Below, in pieces: positions 50,416 to 59,760 of a DNA stretch of 64,000 bases; position 1 is the first letter of the stretch; every line of letters begins with the position of its first letter. Under the pieces are notes generated by a model. The model worked only from the letters and a program-made list of their open reading frames with translations. It did no database searches and was not told the origin of the DNA. A program made the position numbers and the translations under genes. Source of the DNA: Limnochordia bacterium (GTDB taxonomy: Bacteria; Bacillota; Limnochordia; DTU080); the NCBI GenBank assembly GCA_050951545.1, contig JBMNJG010000006.1, positions 148,576 through 212,575 of the forward strand, read 5' to 3'.

Positions 50416-53340
50416 CTAATGCACCTGAAGCCTACTCTCACCCTCTGGAATGGCTACAGATAGGGTGTGCGTCACCCTGTCGTAGACGATCTCATCGCCC
50501 GGCAGCCGACGTCCGTTGAGGGTGACGGCTTCGCAGCTGGGTACCCAGAGCTGTACGTGTCCGGGTTCAGCGCTCCAGATGGTCGCCGTGGAACCTTCGA
50601 CCCCAACCTCGACACTGATGGTGAGCGGCTCCGTCGCCTCCAGTAGCAGTTGGCCATGCGGTCCAAGCAACTGCGTCCCATTGGCCAGGTGAAAACCTCT
50701 GAGGTCCACATTGCCCTCCCCGTAGCGAAGCACGGCGTGGTCACCCATGGCTGCTAGACGCCCATCGCCAGTGCGCTGCACACCACCTTGACGTTTCGGA
50801 TTGAGCAAGACTATCTCGGTCTGGGCGCCCAGCTTTACTTCAATGGCGATCAGACCTGCTTCTGCTGGAATGGAGCGTACCTCCAGAGCCATTTCATCCT
50901 CACCCATAGTAGGACGAAGCACTGTGACAAAGGTTGTCTCGGACACACGTGTTGGGGTACCTACCTTCACAAAAGGCCCGAACCCCTCGGCACCCTGCAC
51001 ATGCGTATATGTGAGACGGACATCAGCCGGGTGTATCACCCGGGCATCAAGTGCACTGCTTCCCTTGACAATGCGAAAAGAGGGCTCATTGGTCGTCTCG
51101 TCGATCTGGCGACGGGCACCGCCGACCCACATCATGGCCTCCGTACTCGTATGAAAGAGCAACTCCGGCTCGATGGGCTTGAGCGCGTCGATACGATCGA
51201 CTACCACATAGTAGTCTGGACGACTGTAGAGAATCTTGCGCTCCCAACCAGCCACTCCATGGGCGAGATAACCAAATCCAGCCTCGCCTGTGGTGAAGTC
51301 AAAAGCCGGGGAATGGAAGAACTCCTGTAGCTGGCCCGCACCCAGGCTCACCTGGCCCTGGCCATCCACCAACAGACAGTTATGGCCGATAGTGTGCTTG
51401 GTCACGAGATTCTTGGGCCCTGGAGAGTAATCAGGGTATCCGGGGTCAGTGATCAGCCATGCACCGCCCACATTGAGCACGAAGTTGTTCTGATCCCACT
51501 GATTGTGACCCAGCCTGGACTGACTTGATTGGAACGCCAGGAGATGATCCCTGGAGCTCCAGCCAGAACGCAAAGCCACCCAACCGATGTCCCAGAATGC
51601 CTTGGAGGGGGGCAACCCGAGCTGATCCGGGCTGGTGATGCGTCGTTGGCGACCGCCGTAGAGCAGGTGACCCCAGGCACCACCCGACGGAGTAGCTTCT
51701 CTGAGATACCAACCAGCCAGTCCATCGTCTCTGTAGGTAGCCAATAGAGACATTGTCGTGAAGAACATCGACGCCACATCGGAATCACTGAAGTTGACCA
51801 GTCCGCGCCCTTGCGGAGCCAGGAAGTAGGAGATTAGCTGCGGTAGAACGGTCTGTACATAGGGATGCGCGAAAAAGTCATCGTTGCCCGTAACTCGCAG
51901 CAACGCTTCGCCAAAGCGAGAGACGTAATCCATGGCATAACTCGTATAGGTCATGCCCTCCGTCTGACCACTCGTCAGACGCTGATCCAGATACCAGAAG
52001 AAGTTCTCATAGGCCCGGGCGATGTAGCTTTCAGCCTGTGCCATCTCACCCAGGACCACCAGAGCACCTGCCCCCAAGGCACTAGTGCGCAGCATGTGCA
52101 GATTGTGATCCGCTTTCTGATTGGTATCCGCATACAGAGGGCGCAAGCCTTTCTCAATAAGAGCGGTGCGTAGGGTCTCACGTTCCTGATCGGTGAGCAT
52201 TTCATAGACCATATCGTAAACTGTGGCCACGCCGATAGTGATGTGCGCTGTGTCGAGGCACGAGTTGCCACCACAGGGGTAGGTCTTGTCAGTCCACTCG
52301 GCCCACGTAGCCAGGGTAAGTGCGTAGTCTCGAGCCCGCTCGCCATACGTCTGATCCCCGGTGAGCGCATAGGCCAGAGCCAGAGTCTCGAGTCGAGTCT
52401 GCAGGCCACGACTCATCATCGTCCAATAGGGATAGCGTCCCGCAGTGAAACCAGGTGGGTCTGCGAGCGGCTCAGGCTGTGATAGTGGCAGTGGAAAACT
52501 CACCCGGTGGCCTCCGTAATAGGAGACGCTGAAGGACGTCTCGTGCACATAGGTACGGGCTTGGGCCAGCAGCTCGTATGAGAGCGCCCGCAAAGCGGCA
52601 TCGGTGCCCTCGCCGCTCTTGAAACGACTGCGCAAATCCGCCAGCTCCTGAGGCGTGAAGAACAGCCGAGGATGGTCGGCAACCAGAGCAGAAAACTCAC
52701 TGGGAGGCACCGAGCTCGCTTCCCCAAACTGCTTTGACCACATCTCACCCATGCGAGTGCCCTCCAGCAAAGCCGTGCTATCCACGCTGATTTCCCTCAA
52801 TTCCACCTGATCGTAGTAGGTCACCCCCACATTGGCACCGTGAGAGTAAAGCAACAAAGTTAGCGACACGGCATCCGCAGGCGCCGTCTCCTGACCACTG
52901 ATGGGGGCCCATTGTCCCAGCTGCTTGCTGTCAGCAATGGCCACCCTAATGCGCGTGCCGCTCTTGTTCCAGAACTCAATATAGAGCTGAGCTTGGCCTT
53001 CCTCCCTGAAGGCCTGCACTGAGGCCACATAGACTGCTCCAGGCTTCACCGGGATGAAGCCACTGCGCAAACCGATGCCCCCTTTGGGGTCTCGATCTTC
53101 GATACGGATGCTGTAGACGCCGTCCACAGCGCGCTCTCGAGAAAGTGAGATCTCCTTTCCGCCAAAGCGCACTCCCCCAAAGGTAGAAGGCCAACCCGGG
53201 GCCATACCCCCAACCAACGGCTCCTCAAAGCTCGCATTGGGAACCAACACCCCAGCCAGAACCGTTGGCGACAGCAGTAGCGCAACACTCACCCCCACGC
53301 AGAACAGGAGCACTCGGAATCTTTTCCTCGCTTCATTCAC
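50416..53340 (-). CDS. Secreted heparinase II/III-like polysaccharide lyase with an N-terminal carbohydrate-binding-like domain
   Basis: Signal peptide, NASFE CBM-like start, HPRLFFT, EGMTYTSY, NFSDS, GWVALRSGW, HNQWDQNNF, TIGHNCLLVDG. Confidence 0.82.
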   Translation of the reverse strand: MNEARKRFRVLLFCVGVSVALLLSPTVLAGVLVPNASFEEPLVGGMAPGWPSTFGGVRFGGKEISLSRERAVDGVYSIRIEDRDPKGGIGLRSGFIPVKPGAVYVASVQAFREEGQAQLYIEFWNKSGTRIRVAIADSKQLGQWAPISGQETAPADAVSLTLLLYSHGANVGVTYYDQVELREISVDSTALLEGTRMGEMWSKQFGEASSVPPSEFSALVADHPRLFFTPQELADLRSRFKSGEGTDAALRALSYELLAQARTYVHETSFSVSYYGGHRVSFPLPLSQPEPLADPPGFTAGRYPYWTMMSRGLQTRLETLALAYALTGDQTYGERARDYALTLATWAEWTDKTYPCGGNSCLDTAHITIGVATVYDMVYEMLTDQERETLRTALIEKGLRPLYADTNQKADHNLHMLRTSALGAGALVVLGEMAQAESYIARAYENFFWYLDQRLTSGQTEGMTYTSYAMDYVSRFGEALLRVTGNDDFFAHPYVQTVLPQLISYFLAPQGRGLVNFSDSDVASMFFTTMSLLATYRDDGLAGWYLREATPSGGAWGHLLYGGRQRRITSPDQLGLPPSKAFWDIGWVALRSGWSSRDHLLAFQSSQSRLGHNQWDQNNFVLNVGGAWLITDPGYPDYSPGPKNLVTKHTIGHNCLLVDGQGQVSLGAGQLQEFFHSPAFDFTTGEAGFGYLAHGVAGWERKILYSRPDYYVVVDRIDALKPIEPELLFHTSTEAMMWVGGARRQIDETTNEPSFRIVKGSSALDARVIHPADVRLTYTHVQGAEGFGPFVKVGTPTRVSETTFVTVLRPTMGEDEMALEVRSIPAEAGLIAIEVKLGAQTEIVLLNPKRQGGVQRTGDGRLAAMGDHAVLRYGEGNVDLRGFHLANGTQLLGPHGQLLLEATEPLTISVEVGVEGSTATIWSAEPGHVQLWVPSCEAVTLNGRRLPGDEIVYDRVTHTLSVAIPEGESRLQVH

Positions 53341-53491
53341 CGCTCACCACACCTCCTTGGAGCATCTAGACCGCACCATTGCACCTGCCGTTTTCGTCAC
53401 ATGGATGTCGCTTCCTCCCCACGGACCGCGAGACAGGAAGTGCGGCGCCAAGTGTGGAAGGCACCAGCAGCCGTCCACCAGCCGACGAGTC

Positions 53492-53528
53492 GAGAACCTG
53501 GCGAAGGCAACACCCCCGCCAGGTTCTC
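53492..53528. terminator. Intergenic hairpin
   Basis: GAGAACCTGGCG...CGCCAGGTTCTC, 12-bp stem. Confidence 0.45.
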
Positions 53529-53549
53529 TGCAGAAGCCATTGCTTGCTG

Positions 53550-54170
53550 TCACTTCGTCATTCCTTCAGCCAAGACAGCAGCGACTATGGGCCTCAGCTT
53601 ATCGATGCCAGCCTTGGCACTTTCGAAGCCGTAGGCCGCCGCGTCAAGGCCGTTGTCGATTTCCTCCCAGACGCGATCCGTAAGTGGATGAAATGGCGCT
53701 GCCCTGGCGTGCGGCACCGTATCAAGGATTACCGAGGACCACTTGCCGAATGCCTGCCAAGCGTATAGAGACGGCTTAGACGCTATGCTCCTGCGCCCAG
53801 GTACGCCCGAAAACGTCGTATAGTGGCTCAGCTGTACGTCATCGCGGTGTAGGAATTTCATAAACTGCCAGGACAAGTCGGGGCGTTTGGAGGTGCTGGG
53901 TATGAACCAGCCGCCCACGAAAGCTTCGGTCGCTCGTCCCGCGGGTCCGAGGGGCGGCATCAGAACCCCCCACCGTACATTAGTATCCCTCATGTGACCA
54001 CTGGTAGCGTACCAGGCCCCCGCCCAGTGAGCAGCCACCTTACCTGCAGGAAGACGGCCATGGTTGGTCACATCACCTACTTCGGCGGAGCTGCGTGGGA
54101 AAACGTGTGCTACGTTACGTAGATCGAAACTCCACTGTAGACCCGACACTACCTGCTCCTTGTCTACCCT
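53550..54170 (-). pseudogene. 5'-truncated sugar solute-binding protein gene
   Basis: Only the C-terminal half is present (GLQWSFDL, AGKVAA, WGVLMPPLGPAG, SWQFMKFL); no signal peptide; upstream sequence is the 405-bp repeat. Confidence 0.8.
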
Positions 54171-55088
54171 AAGGGCACACTTTCTCGCCCTGGCGGCCCT
54201 TCTGGAGCTTCCGGACGGTACATAACCCGACGGTGGTGATACCTTTTTCCCACTCAGTCGATGGGGTCAGCTCCCCAGTGCGCGATCACGGCGGGCTCAC
54301 TCGGATCCCTCTGCGGACCGACCCTTCGGTGTTGCCCCGGTCGGTGTGTTTCGAAAAGGGTGGACAGATGCAATGGACGCGCTCGCGAAACAAGCCCTGC
54401 AGTCAGACACCAGCCGGATTGGTATGTGAGGCCGGGCTAAGGATGTGGCCGCGATGGCAAGAGAGCCGCCCCATTTACCCCCGGAGCCAGTGTGCGTGGC
54501 AAAAGTGCAGCGATGCGGCCTTCGCGAAGCCCTTTCTGCTCATTTTGACCGCCCGAAGGGCTCATTTCCCCCCAAAAGAGCACGCTTTCCCGTCCTGGTT
54601 CCGCTTCTGGAGCTTCCGGACGGTACATAACCCGACGGTGGTGATACCTTTTTCCCACTCAGTCGATGGGGTCAGCTCCCCAGTGCGCGATCACGGCGGG
54701 CTCGCTCGGGTCCCTCTGCGGACCCACCCTTCGGTGTTGCCCCGGTCGGTGCATTCGAACAGAATGGACGGACACCATGCACACGCTCGCGAGACTGGCT
54801 CGGTAGTCGGACAGATGCACCCAATTTGGACATTGTCGGGGCCAGGATCCGACGGCGATGGCAGAAGGGTCGCCCCATTAGCCCCCGGGGCCAATGTACG
54901 TGGTAAAAGTGCAGCGATGCGGCCTTCGCGAAGCCCTTTTTGCTCATTTTGACCGCCCGAAGGGCTCATTTCCCCCCAAAAGAGCACGCTTTTCCGTCCT
55001 GATTCCGCTTCTGGAGCTGCTGGGCAGTACATAACCCGACGCCATTGATCGCCTTTTGCCACTCAAACGATGATCCGAGGGCGAAATG
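54171..55088. repeat. ~405-bp tandem repeat, about 2.25 units
   Basis: Anchor CTTCTGGAGC at 54199, 54604 and 55008 (periods 405 and 404); near-identical blocks separated by a more diverged ~140-bp segment. Confidence 0.95.
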
Positions 55089-55203
55089 CAATCGACTCCC
55101 GGTGGCCACCGGGTCTTAGCTGGCAATGCGCGCGCAGTCAGCGAAGAACTATTGTCTGTGGAAGGATTCTGGAGCCGCACATAGAATTCAGCATTGAATC
55201 AAT

Positions 55204-55217
55204 CGAACACATGATCG
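55204..55217 (+). promoter_or_regulatory. Putative LexA (SOS) box
   Basis: CGAACACATGATCG, one mismatch to the Firmicute consensus CGAACRNRYGTTCG; lies between a TAGAAT -10-like hexamer (55182) and the SD. Confidence 0.4.
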
Positions 55218-55235
55218 TTGTGTGAGGTGAGGCCC

Positions 55236-56297
55236 TTGTACTCTCTCTATGTAGATGAGGTGAACGTGCCGCTCTCACTGCTACTGACTCGCGAGCTAAA
55301 AGCCAGCGAGAAGATCGTTTGGATGGCCTTAACGATGGATGATCAGCTGGAGGAGAGTTTCCTTTTCTCGCCCAGCCGCCTGGGGCGGCGCACGGGTATG
55401 TCCCGGCCTACCGTTCGCAGGGCGACAGCCAAGTTAACCACCGAGGGCTGGTTTGCTCCACCAGCTAGGCGGGTGCCTAGCCAGACCCCAGCACAGAAGC
55501 CATCCCCGGACAGGGTCTCCGTGCCTGTCGAGTTAGTCATGGCTACTGAAATCCATGCACAGGCCAAGTTGGTTTATGCCCTACTGCTGTCCAAACCTAC
55601 GGACCCACCTCGCAAAAGGCAGTTCACATACGCTGAGTTAGCCGGCCGAATGAGTCTGAGCCCCCAAACCATCAAACACGCGGCTCGTCAGTTGGCCAAG
55701 CATGGTTGGCTGGAGATGGAGCAGGCGCACAAGCGGGCACCGATTCGCTTCACTCTCCACAACCCGGTTGATAAGCGAAATGTAAAAGAAATACTAGACG
55801 TGCAGGATGAGCTCCACCGCGCTACGCACCTCGGAGAGGCTCTCATGCAGGCTATCTTCTTGGCGCTTGTCGATTGCCTTGACTTCGACGACGGAATGCG
55901 CCCAGGTTTCATGAGGAACCCAGCAACTGGCAAGCGTCTGGAGGTCGATCTCTTCTATTACTTGCACAATACGGCCATGGAGTTCAATGGGGCGCAACAC
56001 TACCGCGTCACTGAGCGGAATTCGGCTGAGCAGGTCCATAAGCAGCAATGCCGTGACCAGACCAAACAGCAGATCTGCGCTAAGAAGAAGATCAAGCTGA
56101 TCGTGATTCAGGCTCACGAGCTGTCCTGCAAGATCATCGAGCGCAAGATTCACAGGCGGCTGCCATTCCGGCGCGGTCAGGACTTCAACCGGAAGCTCAT
56201 CAACTATCTCGAGTGTAGATGCGGTGAGTACCAGCAAAGAATAGATGAACGTGGCTGGGGAACCGCCAGCGAATCAGAGGAAACGCAAGAGGAGTAA
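55236..56297 (+). CDS. Tandem winged-HTH protein with a C-terminal Vsr/DUF559-like PD-(D/E)XK endonuclease domain
   Basis: Two internal repeats (VP..L.....L....K.V...L / L....G.S..T...A...L...GW), then RPGFMRNPATGKRLEVDLF......MEFNGAQHY...RD..K..IC....IKLIVI. TTG start behind GAGGTGAGG. Confidence 0.78.
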   Translation: MYSLYVDEVNVPLSLLLTRELKASEKIVWMALTMDDQLEESFLFSPSRLGRRTGMSRPTVRRATAKLTTEGWFAPPARRVPSQTPAQKPSPDRVSVPVELVMATEIHAQAKLVYALLLSKPTDPPRKRQFTYAELAGRMSLSPQTIKHAARQLAKHGWLEMEQAHKRAPIRFTLHNPVDKRNVKEILDVQDELHRATHLGEALMQAIFLALVDCLDFDDGMRPGFMRNPATGKRLEVDLFYYLHNTAMEFNGAQHYRVTERNSAEQVHKQQCRDQTKQQICAKKKIKLIVIQAHELSCKIIERKIHRRLPFRRGQDFNRKLINYLECRCGEYQQRIDERGWGTASESEETQEE

Positions 56298-56302
56298 TCA
56301 CC

Positions 56303-56551
56303 TTGGGTCACCTTTATCCGAGGCTGGAGGCCGCTGACTACCCCATTGGCAGCGGATGCGTAGAAAGCGCCTGTAAGCAGGTTGTTGTTAGGCGCCACAA
56401 GCAATCTGGAATGCGTTGGAGCCAACTTAGGGCACAGCAGATGCCAAACGTTGCAGCATACTCCCACGGTGAACAGTGGGACGATTTCTGGGAGAGGCGG
56501 GAGGCAGCATGATTAGGAACGGGTGTTCGCCGCGATTTCGCGTGTGCACCC
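56303..56551 (+). mobile_element. ISKra4/ISLre2-like transposase 3' remnant with a possible right end
   Basis: YPIGSGCVESACKQVVVRRHKQSGMRWS is a typical C-terminal motif; ends WDDFWERREAA*, followed by ...GTGTGCACCC. Confidence 0.75.
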
Positions 56552-56623
56552 GTCGGTAATGAGCAACTCGACCGGACAACAGGTAATGTGGTAAACTATT
56601 AGAACAACGGATGACAGGGGGAT

Positions 56624-57907
56624 ATGGCTATGAAAAAGCGTGCTTATGTACTATGGCTAGGCGTGTGGCTGCTTTCCCTTCTTGCTGTACCTGCAACAGG
56701 CGCAACACCCATTGTCATGTGGTTCTCATCGCAGCCTGTTCCGGTCACCGAATGGGCGGAGACCTTCCAGGACACGTTCAATGAACGCAATCCCGACATC
56801 CGGCTCTCTGTAGAAATGCATCCCAGGGTCAGTGCCCTCCGTGAGAAGCTGATTGTAGCGGTGGCAGGCGGCGTAGCGCCTGACATCTTCTACGAGAGCA
56901 GCAACGTGATGAGCCAATGGATCCTCTCAGAACTGGCCTTGCCCATCGACCGCTACCTGAACGCCATGCCTGACCGATCCGACCTCATTCCTGATGCGGT
57001 CAGGGCCTTGCGCTACGGTGGAAAGACATGGGCTCTACCATTCAGCGTCTGGCCCATAGGCGATCTGTATAACATAGACATGTTTGAGGGTAGCGGCCTG
57101 GCGAGACCTGCGTCTTGGAAGGAACTCGAAATGTCTGCCCGCAGGCTCCTTCAGGTTGGTGAGGGCGGTCAGATCACTTTGTTTGGCTACCGGAAACCCC
57201 ACAACGAGCTGGCGAACTTCCTTGATTTGCAGCTGGCGATGGAGCAGTTGGGGAGTACCGCTATTGCTACGGAAGGCACCAAATCCAACCTTCGCACGGA
57301 TGTGGCCCGTCAAGCACTTACCTACATGCGAGATATCGTCCAAGCGGGAATGCCTAACTCTGCTGGAGGAAGTGACCTGGCTTCTATTCTGGGCGGTAAG
57401 GTCGCTGTCCAACACATGTATCCTGGTTATGAGTTGATCGACCTGGCCGACCAAATCTCTGCGGCGGGTCTGAACCTGGAGTTCCATCGGTACGTCGGTC
57501 CAGAAACGAAGAAGGACCTCGTTCATCACAACGCTGGCACATTCTTCATAGTCTCCTCCACAAGAAACCCCGATGAAGCCTGGCGAGTGCTGCAAGCGTT
57601 CCTTGAGCGCAGGACATTGAAAGGCTACCTTATGGCGCATGGATCGTGTTTGTCCGTCCGCTTATCTCAGCGTACCGATCCTGACCTCTTGGCTCGTCCG
57701 TATTGCTCGAGCCTCATAGCTGCGCTCGTTTCGCCCATCACTACCTACGGCCCCAACAACCCCTACTACCCCCATTTCCGTCAGCCAGCAGGTGCTTTCC
57801 TGCGTCAGGCGGTCAACGGAGAGCTAGCCATCGAGACCGCCTTAGAACAGGCTGCTGATGTGATGGACGTGATCGTAGCCGATAAAATCGGGTCTGCCGG
57901 AAAATAA
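56624..57907 (+). CDS. Sugar ABC transporter substrate-binding protein
   Basis: Signal peptide, VAGGVAPDIF, YGGKTWALP, YNIDMF, EAWRVLQAF. Confidence 0.88.
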   Translation: MAMKKRAYVLWLGVWLLSLLAVPATGATPIVMWFSSQPVPVTEWAETFQDTFNERNPDIRLSVEMHPRVSALREKLIVAVAGGVAPDIFYESSNVMSQWILSELALPIDRYLNAMPDRSDLIPDAVRALRYGGKTWALPFSVWPIGDLYNIDMFEGSGLARPASWKELEMSARRLLQVGEGGQITLFGYRKPHNELANFLDLQLAMEQLGSTAIATEGTKSNLRTDVARQALTYMRDIVQAGMPNSAGGSDLASILGGKVAVQHMYPGYELIDLADQISAAGLNLEFHRYVGPETKKDLVHHNAGTFFIVSSTRNPDEAWRVLQAFLERRTLKGYLMAHGSCLSVRLSQRTDPDLLARPYCSSLIAALVSPITTYGPNNPYYPHFRQPAGAFLRQAVNGELAIETALEQAADVMDVIVADKIGSAGK

Positions 57908-57935
57908 GGCCATAGAGAATCAACAGTATGACACC

Positions 57936-57970
57936 ATGGGCGCCCCGTAACCATGTGCCGGGCGCCCATG
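57936..57970. terminator. Hairpin between convergent genes
   Basis: CATGGGCGCCC...GGGCGCCCATG. Confidence 0.5.
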
Positions 57971-58019
57971 CTTGTGTGTTTCGGGCCGCCCACGCGGATC
58001 GGGCGCCTCGTAGTCAGGA

Positions 58020-58319
58020 CTACGTACCTCCGACAGGGGTGCTCATGGCAAGAAGAAGGGCCAGTTTCTGCCGCAACCTGTCCTCCTTGCAGGCTGCAGC
58101 GTTGATCACTTCGGCAACGGCCTTGTTGATAGCCGCTAGCTCCTCCGCACTTACGGGGCCAAGCACATCAGCGTCTGCCACAGCCTGAACCTTCTCCGCT
58201 TCGGCATTAATCAGCGCAGCCAAGGCCAGTTCCTCAAGGGCTACCGTTTCTATGAGCAGCAGCCGAAGTTCATCCAACGTAGGGGCGGTGGGAAGCTCCG
58301 GAAACTCTGGAAGACCCAT
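58020..58319 (-). CDS. Small spore coat/exosporium-type protein
   Basis: ETVALEELALAALINAEAEKVQ, a motif common in spore-former small proteins; AAAGGAGGTG SD. Confidence 0.75.
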   Translation of the reverse strand: MGLPEFPELPTAPTLDELRLLLIETVALEELALAALINAEAEKVQAVADADVLGPVSAEELAAINKAVAEVINAAACKEDRLRQKLALLLAMSTPVGGT

Positions 58320-58473
58320 GCGATACACCTCCTTTCGATCGCACCCTATGCGATCTGCTGCGGAAGTGCCATGAGAGGCCAAGCTGATTCCCCTGCCTCG
58401 GGAGGATGAGCAATCGAATGATGGGGGACAGGCACAGAGTTATCCGTAAGGTCGCCGCGTAACCCCATCTTGA

Positions 58474-58503
58474 GCACAATGCGCAACAGAGACTCATATT
58501 CTA
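58474..58503 (+). promoter_or_regulatory. Putative sigma-K promoter
   Basis: GCACA-N16-CATATTCTA matches the SigK consensus, upstream of the Cys-rich gene. Confidence 0.55.
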
Positions 58504-58526
58504 GACGCAGATGAGAGGAAAGGTAG

Positions 58527-58991
58527 GTGGACACGATGCAGCAGTCTCGCCCAGCCCACCCCACCGCTAAGCACCCCGTATGCAATATGAGATGCATATG
58601 CCAGTGTTGCTGCTGTCAGTGCTCTCATCCGTCCAGGTACATGAAGTGCCCCCCTGAACGCACGTGCGATCGTGTATCGGACCCCCGGAGCGGGCATCAC
58701 CCTCATCCTGGTTCTCACGAATGCTCCCCTCCACACGACTACTTCGAGGAGCTTCTGCGGTCCATCGCGTATGAAGAGGCCGCGCTAGCGCGCCTGGTAA
58801 ACCAGGAAGCGCTGAAAACACAGCGCGTGGCTGAACGAATTGCCGGTCCCTTCACACCGGACGAAGTGATCTCCTTCCAACGATCACTCGCTGATATCCT
58901 ATACAACATCAAGAAAAAGGAGGAACTACTGATCAAGAAGCTACGGCTTGTGCTTGCCGCCCAGCGCTCCGACCAGGCCACAGACGATTAG
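58527..58991 (+). CDS. Cys/His-rich spore coat-type protein
   Basis: CICQCCCCQC N-terminus plus RSIAYEEAALARLVNQEALK (same motif as 58020-58319). Confidence 0.7.
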   Translation: MDTMQQSRPAHPTAKHPVCNMRCICQCCCCQCSHPSRYMKCPPERTCDRVSDPRSGHHPHPGSHECSPPHDYFEELLRSIAYEEAALARLVNQEALKTQRVAERIAGPFTPDEVISFQRSLADILYNIKKKEELLIKKLRLVLAAQRSDQATDD

Positions 58992-59013
58992 CTTCACTCG
59001 AGGGAGGTCAACC

Positions 59014-59421
59014 ATGAGCAAGGAAATGCCCGAAGTACTGGTAGAGACCATGATGGAGCTACTGAGTTCACACCGCCACCTCGCGGAGCTTCTCGAGGAA
59101 ACCATCCGACGTCAAGACGACCTGATCTACGAGCTCCGCGCAGCGGTGGACAAGAATCGCCCAGGCTTGCCATCGGAACGATCCCAACCATCACAGCAGC
59201 AGTCTGACCTGATGGATACGGGGTCCAGGCCGACCTCCTCGCACAGAATGCCCGAACACTGTCAGATCTGCCGTCACTCTACACTACACCATGATGCAAT
59301 CACTGCCTACGAGAACGAAATGGCGCTGCCGGGCTACATGGAAGCTGAGTGGAGTGGCTACCCTCTCTGGGACGGGTACGGCTCCTACGGGGTACGCCCT
59401 ATGTACCGGCGCACGGTGTAG
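59014..59421 (+). CDS. Hypothetical protein
   Basis: GGGAGGT SD before the ATG at 59014; coiled-coil N-terminus. Confidence 0.6.
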   Translation: MSKEMPEVLVETMMELLSSHRHLAELLEETIRRQDDLIYELRAAVDKNRPGLPSERSQPSQQQSDLMDTGSRPTSSHRMPEHCQICRHSTLHHDAITAYENEMALPGYMEAEWSGYPLWDGYGSYGVRPMYRRTV

Positions 59422-59760
59422 AACCTCTTCGTCCCTAACCGCAGGCTTAGCTTAGCAATTCAAATTCTATGTAGGTTAATGATGACATCTGGCGAAATGG
59501 TTGGTACCTCACCGGATTATGCAGCATGGTAGGCCCATATTCTCAAGTCCGGTGTCCCACTCGTGGGTCATCACACTATGCGCGCCATCCGGTAAGGTGT
59601 GCTCATGCAGTTGTTTCGCAAACCGTATCTAAGAAGGTGATTGACTGCACAATCCGTGACAGCCGTTGGTTTCACTCGATGGACAAGTAGGTTGGAAGCG
59701 CAAAGGACAGTTTCGCAAGATCGTTATTCTGGAAGTTTCGATGATCCTAAATAGTAGAAG

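Noticed and set aside
54233-55062. ORFs inside the 405-bp repeats (239 aa on +, 73-123 aa on -)
   Set aside because: No SD or recognisable domain; the frame is not preserved between units (405 vs 404) or in the distant copy.
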